The notes under the pieces were generated by a model. The model did not search any database and was not told where the DNA came from. It saw only the letters and a list, made by a program, of their open reading frames with translations. A DNA stretch of 63,916 nt, counting the filler, from Ministeria vibrans ATCC 50519 (taxonomy: Eukaryota > Protista > Filasterea): the NCBI GenBank assembly GCA_943704425.1. It is 6 parts of 6 records of this genome, joined end to end, with 100 filler letters (N's around TTAATTAATTAA, not from the genome) between each part and the next. Parts side by side here need not be neighbours in the genome. Positions count along the whole stretch, not along the records: positions 53,378 to 60,220 come from CALSCP010000253.1; positions 60,321 to 62,381 come from CALSCP010000532.1; positions 62,482 to 63,916 come from CALSCP010001400.1; 3 more parts are not named here. One strand, given 5' to 3'. The number at the start of each line of letters is the position of its first letter. Within the stretch, counting starts at the first letter, position 1. The translations under genes were made by a program, and so were the position numbers. This document shows positions 54,759 to 63,916 of the stretch, piece after piece.

Positions 54759-55833
54759 AGGAGTGGAGGAGGTGATTGTGGCGAAGCGACGACAGCGTTA
54801 CGAGGAGGAAGTGAGCGAAGACCCGCACAACTACGACGCATGGTTTGACTACGTGCGTTTGGAGGAGACTGCCGGAAACACTGCCAAGACAACCGACGTG
54901 TACCGACGGGCGATTGCAAACTGTAAGCACCCTGCAGAAGGAATGCGGTGAAGGAAGTCTACTAATGCTGGGTGACGTGGTTGTATAGTGCCTCCGGGAC
55001 AGGAGAAGCGGCTGTGGCGACGGTACATCTACCTGTGGCTGTACTACGCGGTGTGGGCAGAGGTCGATGCCAAGGACCCGACGCTCGCCCGTGAGGTGTA
55101 CGAGACTTGCCTTTTCAAGGTCTCTTTCAGTGTTTTTTTTTTTTTTTTTTACTCCTGTTGCTGACCATTGCTTTTTTTTTTCTCTTAGGTGATTCCCCAT
55201 CGAAAGTTTACCTTCACCAAAATGTGGATCGCTTTTGCGCACTTTTTGGTGCGTCAAAAGGCCCTGACGGAAGCGCGGAAGGTGCTTGGAATGGCCATTG
55301 GAATGTGCCCCAAGGTACAGCATAGAGAGAGGAGAAATACACAGAGTGAGATTGAGGGGAGTGTGTGTGTTTGAAAACAATTTTAGAGCGGCGCGAATAA
55401 TAATTATAATTGATATTGGTTGACGATTTGATTAATTTTGAATTCTGTTGTTGTAGCACTCGCTGTTCCGACGATACATCGAGATGGAGTTGAGCCTGCG
55501 AGACTTTGACCGGGCCCGCAAGCTGTACGAGAAGCATCTCGAGTTCAGTCCTTCTTCGTACGACCGAAAAATGTCATTGTCTCTCTCTCTATCGCTTTGT
55601 TTCTCTATCTATCACTGTGTTTCTCTATCTATCACTGTGTTTCTCTATCTATCACTGTGTTTCTCTATCTATCACCTTGTTTCTCTCTCCCTCCGTCACT
55701 TTCTCTCTCTCTATCACTTTCTCTCTCTCTCTCTCTATCACTTTGTTTCTCTCTCTATCACTCTGTTTCTCTCTCTCTCTATCATGTTGTTTCTCTCTCT
55801 CTCTATCACTTTGTTTTTTCTCTTTCTCTATCA

Positions 55834-55882
<49 letters not shown>

Positions 55883-55891
55883 NNNNNNNNN

Positions 55892-55989
<98 letters not shown>

Positions 55990-56919
55990 GTCTGTCTGTC
56001 TCAGCGCTGTTTTCTTGTGTAGAGTGGACACGTGGGTGAAGTATGCAGAGCTGGAGACAGTGCTCAACGACACAGAGCGGGCGCGAGGTCTGTATGAGCT
56101 GGCGGTCAGCACGGAAACGGGCATTCAGCTGGACATGCCGGAGCTGCTTTGGAAGGCGTACATTGATTTTGAACTGCAGATGGGCAGTGTGGACCGTGCA
56201 CGCGACCTCTACACGCGCCTTCTCAAGCGAACCCAGCACGTCAAAGTGTGGCTCAGCTACGCCCGTTTTGAAGAGGATATTGCCGGTTGGAAGCAAGAGA
56301 GACAAGGAGAGGGTGAGACGAGAGGGTGTACTGAATTATTTGTTCTTTCATAGGCGATGGTGATGCGACGGAGGAGGAGCGAGCAGGCGCGATTGAGCGC
56401 ACTCGCGAAGTGTACACGAATGCAGACAAATCGCTGAGCCGACAGCAGCGCGAGGAGAGCGGTGACGAAGGCGTTGGTGCGGTGAAGGAGGCGCGAGTGG
56501 TGTTGCTCAACGAATGGGCAACCTTTGAGCGCCGATGCGGCGACGATGCGTCGCGTGCGCTGGTTGCCAAAAAGATGCCGGCCAAGGTCAAGAAGCGCCG
56601 ACCCATTGTCAAGGCGGATGGCGTAAGGAGGAAACTGGTGGTGGGTGGGACCATGATGTGATTGACTGACGTGTTATATTTTTTTATTGTTTTTTTGCCT
56701 GGGTTTGACTTGCAGACGGCGGCGGGCTTGGAAGAGTACATTGATAATGTGTTCCCGGATGAGTCGGAAGCGCCCAATCTGAAACTGCTGCAAATGGCAC
56801 ACCAGTGGAAGCTCCGTCAGCAACAGCTGGAAGCGCAAAAGACAGCCACAGCCGCCGCAGTTGCGCCAGCGCCAGTGCATGACGAGCCCGCCGTTGTCGA
56901 GGACGACAACGACGACTGA
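53422..56919 (+). CDS. CRNKL1: Crooked neck / Clf1 / Syf3 splicing factor (HAT repeats), 5' truncated
   Basis: [97 protein letters not shown]. Confidence 0.97.
55580..56000. repeat. CTATCACT(T/G)TGTTTCT motif array plus (CT)n (CRNKL1 intron)
   Basis: About ten variant copies, including a 20-nt-period block, followed by (CT)n. Confidence 0.9.
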
Positions 56920-57050
56920 GATATCAACGATGAAGAAAAATGATCAAAACATAACAATAAGAAAAAAATATAATCATAATATTATTTTTTTTTGACTATT
57001 ATCGCTAAACATCACGCCTTCTTCTCTATCATGTATGGTATGTGTATTTC

Positions 57051-58514
57051 TCATTGTCCCTTTCTGTACATCTGACGGTCGGCACGTCGTCGCTGAGCAA
57101 ACTCTTGGCTCTGCTGGTGGAGCGCGCGTCGCATTAGGTCGTGTACCAGCACTTTAGCCTCCTTGTTGCGCACACGCTCCTCAGCGCGCGCGTGCTTCAC
57201 ACGTTCTGTGGCGCGGTGTGCCTCCAAGTGTACGCGCTGATGTTCTTGGCGCGTTCGAGTCGCCACCGCTGTCGTCCATCGTCGCTGGTCTACCTCGGCA
57301 CGTGCGTGCTCCATTGCCTCTCGCTCTCGCGCCAGTTGATGCCGGTGCTCTTCGACACGCACCCGCTCACGTTCTCGCTCGCGCTCCTCGCGTCGCCGAT
57401 TGCTCTCTTCGATGCGCGCTTGTCGCTCACGTGCTTCCTCTTCAATGGCACGTCGTCTTCGTCGGTCTTCTTCGTGCGCCCTCCTTGCCCCCCCATCCTC
57501 TCGTGCTTGAACCGAGCGCTCGAGGGTGCGCGCATGTTGTGCGTGCTCCATTGCCACCTCTTGTGCGCGCGCACTGTGTGCCTGACGTCTTGTCAAGTTC
57601 TCGCGCTCAACAGCACATGCTTGTTCGAGTCGTTCGCGCTCAATACGCGCTCGCTGCTCATTTGCCTTGCGTTCGCGTTCTTCTAATTTTTCTTCGCGTT
57701 GCCGCTGTGTGCGTCGTTGCTCTTTGACTTGACGGTGTCGTGCCATGATCATTTGTTCTTGTCGCAACCGAGTATCGCGTTCCAGTGCCTCTTGCTTGCG
57801 ACGCTGGACGCTACTGATGATAGCGTCTTTGCGCGCGGCTTCGCGTTCCAGCTGCCAGCGTTTCTCTTCTGCGTGCCTAATGTGTGCCTTCTCACGCGCG
57901 ACCTGAGCCTCGTATCGCTGACGGTCTCGCTCTCGCTCGCGTTCGAACGTGCCACGAAGTTGAGCAAGTTTTGCGTCGTACTGGGCTTGAACATCGGCGG
58001 CCGTCGTATTCGAGCTTGAGGATCGAAAGGGTTTGAATGACGAGGTGGGCGCCGTCCAATTGTCGCTGGTGCGCGGAGACGTGGTGTCTAGATCTTCGAG
58101 CTCATGACTGCGCGATGAGGTTGGATGAGAGGTGTCACCAATGTTGTCATAGTGAGGTGGGGGCGGTGCAGATGCGGATGCAGATCTAGATGGGGATACC
58201 ACTGGTGCCACTTGATCGCGACTTGTGCTTGCGCTTGCCATTGGGCTCGTTTCTAGGCGATGATCGCGACGACGAGTCGAAGTCGACGGCGGTTTGCTGA
58301 AAAGTGACATTGAACGACGCAACGATGGTTGGTCTCCATGGCGACTGTCGACGGCGCGCTCCTGAGCTTTGTTCGCATGGTCATCGTCATGCACGTGACG
58401 ATGATCATGCCGGAGACGTCTAGCTGCGAAAGGTGGCGACGTTGGGGAAGTGCTGTGGTGGTCTGTTGTTGTCGGCGGTCGATTGAACACGCTGAGCGAC
58501 TCGCGCAAAGGCAT
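57051..58514 (-). CDS. Hypothetical protein: Ser/Pro-rich N-terminus and long Arg/Glu-rich coiled coil
   Basis: Single 487-aa ORF with ATG, divergent from the cyclin gene. No family recognised. Confidence 0.7.
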   Translation of the reverse strand: MPLRESLSVFNRPPTTTDHHSTSPTSPPFAARRLRHDHRHVHDDDHANKAQERAVDSRHGDQPSLRRSMSLFSKPPSTSTRRRDHRLETSPMASASTSRDQVAPVVSPSRSASASAPPPPHYDNIGDTSHPTSSRSHELEDLDTTSPRTSDNWTAPTSSFKPFRSSSSNTTAADVQAQYDAKLAQLRGTFERERERDRQRYEAQVAREKAHIRHAEEKRWQLEREAARKDAIISSVQRRKQEALERDTRLRQEQMIMARHRQVKEQRRTQRQREEKLEERERKANEQRARIERERLEQACAVERENLTRRQAHSARAQEVAMEHAQHARTLERSVQAREDGGARRAHEEDRRRRRAIEEEARERQARIEESNRRREERERERERVRVEEHRHQLAREREAMEHARAEVDQRRWTTAVATRTRQEHQRVHLEAHRATERVKHARAEERVRNKEAKVLVHDLMRRALHQQSQEFAQRRRADRQMYRKGQ

Positions 58515-58678
58515 GATGAAGGCGATAGAAAAAAGTACTACACAAGCGGAGAAACAGTGGATTTAAATGCAGAGGGACGACAGGAAAAGTGAAAGGAAGT
58601 TTTAAGTTTGAACGGATATGATTTAGTAGTAAACTCTAAAGAGATAACAGACTTCTACTTTCATCACTCACCGTCGGG

Positions 58679-60220
58679 ATGGAGGAGAGGAAAGAAGACC
58701 AAGGCGAGAGGGTCGTCCAGCACCCTGACTGGCTCTATGCGGCGGCGTACCTCGCAAACGAAACGCCGTCGCGCAAAGACGGCGTCTCACTCGAAGCGGA
58801 AACCCTCTTTCGCCGGCTGTCCATCCTGCGTCTGATTACGTTTGGCGAGGAGCTTGGATTAGAGATGGGCGGTGCAATAGCCACTGCCGCCATGTATTTT
58901 CACCGCTTCTACATCGCCAATGTAAGTCATCGTCAATGCATCTGCCTTGTTTTCGCCAGTCGTGTCTCTTTCGCGCCGTGAGACACCCCACTTGGGCGCC
59001 CAACTAGCTGTTGGACCTCTTTTATTGCTGGTGGGCCAGTCTCCGCTGCGTCTGTGTCTCAAACAAGCGGCTGTGGTGAAGCAACCCTTGAGATGCAAAA
59101 GTCAACAGCGACTATGAATTGTCAGTGCGCCAATATGCCATGCGCCTTCTCTCTCTGGCACGACCCTTGTGGTGCCGTGCTGCCTTGTGTCACGAGCGAC
59201 GTTTGAGGCATGATTCTGACAGTGTTTCCTTTCTTTGTGCAGTCTGTGGCGCCGTTTCCCGCTGATGATGCGCTGGACAAGACTGAGCGCGATGTCGCGG
59301 GAACCTGCTCTCCCTGGCCCCTCATTGGCGCTTCGCTGTTTCTTGCATCGAAGGTTTTGGAAGAAATCACTGTAGAGAAGCTGAAGGAGTACGTCTCATC
59401 GGACGAGGCGTTCATTTCGCGTACTAATCCGTGAGATGAACGTAGATTCAAAAAGGTGCTTGTGCATGCGCTATATAAAAAAATGTCGGTAAGTTTTTTT
59501 GTTTTTTCTTTTTTTTTTACTAACATCCATCAATTCTTTATGTATATGTATGTGTGTCTCTGTGGTGTGTGCGTGTGTGTCTTTGTGGTGTGTGTCTTTG
59601 TGGTGTGTGTATGTAGGCTGGGGGTCAATTTAGACGGATGGAAGGCTCGACGTACGAGGCACAGCTGCTCACCAATGAAATGCATCTGTTGCGTGCGCTG
59701 AATTTTGATGTGAACACCCGTCACCCTTTTCAACTGGCTGCATCCTATGCTCGTCGATTAGACCAAACGGTACGTGTCATATAAATGATTTGGTTGTTAA
59801 TGCACACTAAACAAAAGCAAAACAGGAGTTGTTTGTACGTCCGCTGTGTGTAATGGCGCGCGACTGCCTGGCCACGCCACTGCCGCTGCAGTACAATGCA
59901 CACCAACTCACGTGCGGCATGATTGAGCTCACTTGTCGCTTCCGTCAGCACAGCCTGCGTCCCGTCGACTCTGCCAGTGCGCGCGTCCTCGACACCCCCT
60001 CCGATCCCACAATTCCAATCAACCATTGGTCACGCAAAGTTGGTGCTGGAGTGCCTCAGGCTCTTCTTGACGGTACAAACCTACGCTTTATGACTGATTT
60101 GTGCTCGTTTTGCGTGCGTGCGTGTGTGTGTGTGTGTATGTGTGTGTTCGATCTTATTTTGATAATAATAATTATCATAACGGCATTATTATTGTTATTT
60201 TTTCTTCATCAATAGGCGAG
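58679..60220 (+). CDS. Transcriptional cyclin (cyclin K/T/L family), 3' truncated
   Basis: TPSRKDGVSLEAETLFR, IATAAMYFHRFY, SLFLASKVLEE, EMHLLRALNFDVNTRHPF, LPLQY. Confidence 0.85.
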
Positions 60221-60320
60221 NNNNNNNNNNNNNNNNNNNNNNNNNNNNNNNNNNNNNNNNNNNNTTAATTAATTAANNNNNNNNNNNNNNNNNNNNNNNN
60301 NNNNNNNNNNNNNNNNNNNN
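60221..60320. other. Artificial contig linker
   Basis: N44-TTAATTAATTAA-N44. Confidence 0.97.
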
Positions 60321-60445
<125 letters not shown>

Positions 60446-60580
60446 ATAAGGCGTTGTTATGTGACAGAGAGTCAGAAAGTGTGTCAGATTTAGTTAATCA
60501 GATAATCATTATAATAAAAAAGATTTATTTGTAATCATTAAGAAATAAGATCACTTTTTTTCCCTGCTTTTTTTGTAACG

Positions 60581-62090
60581 ATGCTTCTTGTGTGTGCCAT
60601 GCTAATGGTGCTGGCGGGCAGCGCGAGCGCCCACACGATCCACAATGCGCTTGATCTTGTGCGCGTTGAAAACATTGTCGAACAGCGCAATGGCGACGTG
60701 GCCATTGCCGTGTCTCCTACCGCCGTCAAGTACAACGGCGAGTGGGTCACCGTCTCGTGGTCGGGCGTTGCCCAGGTACGGGCTCCTTCGTGGTCTGCGC
60801 GTCCGTTGTTTCTGTCCTGCTCCTCTCGCACCTCATCCCAAGCCATTCCCCACGCCTGCCGCACACACACCCCCCCTGCAGTGTCGTATGCGCGTCCTCT
60901 CCGATGAATATCTCCTCCAAATAGTGCGCAATTCACAAACTCTCACTCTTTCTTTTCTTTTTCTTTTTTTCTTTTTCCTTCGTGTTTGTTTTGTTTTCGT
61001 TTCTGTCTTCTGTTTCCTTTTCGCTTCTTCTGTCGCAGCCGAAGAAGGACGACTGGATTGGCATCTACGCGGGCGATGTCAAGGTGACCGACGTCACCCC
61101 CGTGAAGTACGTGTACCCGGCCGAGGTCGTGGCGGACTATCTGCAGACGGGGAGCGGGTCGCATCGCTTCCGCCTCATCAACATGCGCACGCACGTCTGG
61201 TTTGGCCTTTTCTCGGGCGGTCTCTCCGCCGGCAAGCTGATGGCTTCGTCGCCGTCAAACGTCACTTTTGGCGACCCCAACGAGGCGCTTCAGGGCCACG
61301 TCACGGTGACGGACCAGCAGGGAGAGATGCTTGTGACATGGGTGACGCGTGACGTCGGCAAGCCCACTGTGCAGTTCGGCACAAGCGCCAGTACTCTCGA
61401 CCACACGGTTGCTGCCAGCACAACGCAATACACACGTGACATGTTCTGCGGCCCGCCCGCCACGACCACAGGCTGGAACGTCCTTCCCGGTGTGATCCAC
61501 ACAGCCAAGCTCACGGGCCTCGCGCCCGCCACCAAGTACTACTTCACCTTTGGGGATTCCATCTCGTCCACTCCGCGCTCGGCCGTCGCTTCGTTTACCA
61601 CGGCGCCCAAGCTTGGTCCTGATGCGGTTTTCAACACGGTCATCTTTGGCGACCTCGGTCAGGCAGAGATTGACGGCTCCACCGAAGCATCACAGGTCAG
61701 ACCGCTTGTCAAAATTGAAAGGTGCTCAAACCGCTATGCATTTTTTTTTTTTACTTTAGATGGTTGCTTCGCTTAACACGACACGCACAATCAACGCTCT
61801 TCTTGAAGAGCACAAGACTCAGTTCATTGTACATTGCGGTGACATTTCATACGCGCGCGGATTCAGCAGTCTCTGGGACACCTTCTTTGACCAGCTCACT
61901 GACAGCCAGCACCATGACACGACCGCCAACCCGCGCACTGCCTATGCTGGAACGCCCTTTGTCACCAACATTGGAAACCACGAGCGTGACTACCCCAACA
62001 GTCACGGGTACTTCAACGGCACCGACTCGGGCGGCGAGTGTGGCGTCGCCTATGAGTACCGTCTGCCCATGCCCCGTCCCTCGCGCGATC
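60581..62090 (+). CDS. Secreted purple acid phosphatase (large plant-like type with N-terminal Fn3-like domain), 3' truncated
   Basis: Signal peptide; DWIGIY, GSGSHRFRLINMR, EMLVTWVT; metal motifs FGDLG, HCGDISYA, IGNHERD; DSGGECGVAY. Confidence 0.9.
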
Positions 62091-62176
62091 GTACGCACCA
62101 CCCATCAACGTATCGCTCCTTTACTCATTCTCTCTATCACTTTGTTTTTCTCTTTCTCTCTGTCTCTCTCTCTCTG

Positions 62177-62381
<205 letters not shown>

Positions 62382-62481
62382 NNNNNNNNNNNNNNNNNNN
62401 NNNNNNNNNNNNNNNNNNNNNNNNNTTAATTAATTAANNNNNNNNNNNNNNNNNNNNNNNNNNNNNNNNNNNNNNNNNNNN
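62382..62481. other. Artificial contig linker
   Basis: N44-TTAATTAATTAA-N44. Confidence 0.97.
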
Positions 62482-62527
62482 CCCCCCCCCCCCCCCCCCT
62501 CTCTCTCTCTCGATGGTTGTCGTTTAC

Positions 62528-63558
62528 CTTGTCACGGTCGCCGTGAAAGAGAGCCAGAAAACTCGCCTGGGTGCCCGTGGTGCCCTTGCAGCCGCGGAAG
62601 CGCAGGTCGTCGCGACAGCGCACCACATTGGTCAGATCCATCAGCAGCTCCTGAAGCCACAGGCACGCGCGCTTACCCACCGTCGTCAGTTGGGCCTGAG
62701 ATAGGAAGAAAATCGTGTCTCAAGACGCCACTACGCGGTGCTGCCCTTCTTACCGGCTGGAAATGCGTAAAGCCGAGTGTTGCTTGAGAAGCGTACGTCA
62801 GTGAAAACGAGCGCAGACGGTCAATGCAGCGCACCAGCTTGGGAATCCTACACAATGTCACAACTATCAGCACATGTAGCGGTGATACCTCTCTCGTACA
62901 GAATGTCAAATCCGCTCTTAAGCACAATCAAGTCGGTGTTGTCACCCACGTAGCACGACGTGGCACCCAGGTGGATGATGGGTGCTGCCAGAGGACAGCA
63001 CACACCAAATGTATGCACTACAATCTCAGTGTGAGTCAAACAAATACAACAACATACACACTAGTACCATGTGCCATGACGTCGTGGCGGCGACGCTTTT
63101 CTTCCTCGGCCGCGAGCGTGTAGTCAATGTTTGTTACGTTCTGCTCCATCTCATCAATCTAACAACATGCAGAAACGGCTGAGTTTACATCGCTCCCGTA
63201 CGTGTGCCCACACCTGTTCCTGAGTAACATTGAGGCCAAGCTCCTTTTCGGCGCGCGCAAGCAGAATCCACAGACGACTGGAGAGAGTGAGTGAGAGAGT
63301 GAGAGAGACAGACAGAGCGCGCGTGTCAAGTCAGTCGCTCTCTCATGAAGTCATCCTGAATCAGTACCGCCATGTCTGGAATTTGTTGTCGTCGCTAAAG
63401 TTAAACGACATTTCCTTGCTATACACGTCGAACAAAGCAGGAAAAGGGGTCAGCGGTGGGATGGCGCGCAGTGGATGGTTTGATGTGCGATGTTTGGTCG
63501 CATCTCGCGCTCACCTCGCATAGCGGCTTGTCAGAGGGCTTCGATACTGGTGTGACAT
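62528..63558 (-). CDS. ADSL: Adenylosuccinate lyase (ADE13/animal type), 3' truncated
   Basis: [80 protein letters not shown]. Confidence 0.97.
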
Positions 63559-63916
63559 TGAGTAACAGCTGGGTGTACAATACAAGTTCCAACCAGATGC
63601 AGAGATAGAAGAGAAAGCGACTGATAATTTCTAGCTTTTTCACGAGTTATTCCTACTTTATCTAATCACAATAATTTGAATGGACTTTGAAGTAGACGTG
63701 GAATTGGTTGTCCCACCGACACCTCTCGAGCGGTATGCCTCGTTGTGGTATGGACAGTCGTCACAAGGACACGATTATTGTCTCGCCTCCAATCATAATG
63801 GGTACAAGTCATGTTCTCTTCGTCTCTCCTCTCATTCTCTCTCTCTGCGGCGCGCTTCGACTCGTGAGGGCGGATCGACGTTTGACCTTGCAAAGGACTT
63901 TGAGGACGAGATGAAG

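Noticed and set aside
63680-63916. Possible start of a gene divergent from ADSL
   Set aside because: Cut by the window end; frames could not be reconciled.

Overview
Eukaryotic nuclear DNA. It is intron-dense (short introns, GT-AG throughout the models I built), uses the standard code, is microsatellite-rich and has very short intergenic spacers. The window is six contigs joined by artificial N44-TTAATTAATTAA-N44 linkers, so adjacency across a linker is meaningless. About 28 genes can be spliced by hand. Animal-like genes (Rab14, CIN85/CD2AP, NPHP3-like, ARMC2, myosin V tail, membrane-anchored iodotyrosine deiodinase, DZIP3/RNF214-type RING, Notch-type EGF array) sit beside genes animals lack or that look non-animal (VIT1/CCC1, Gdh2-type NAD-GDH, plant-like purple acid phosphatase). 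This suggests a flagellated unicellular holozoan or related obazoan (inference). Top candidates for new biology: (1) an intact, spliced, stand-alone C-terminal 103-aa piece of Gdh2-type NAD-glutamate dehydrogenase at 26994-27361, missing from the ORF track, with the other ~90% of the gene absent from the locus, implying trans-splicing or a split enzyme; (2) a ~18-nt motif (CTCTATCACTTTGTTTCT) dispersed and locally amplified in introns of many unrelated genes; (3) an ankyrin / coiled-coil / non-RD RLK-Pelle-type kinase; (4) strongly structured introns, including one in a transcriptional cyclin where the predicted fold hides the branch site.
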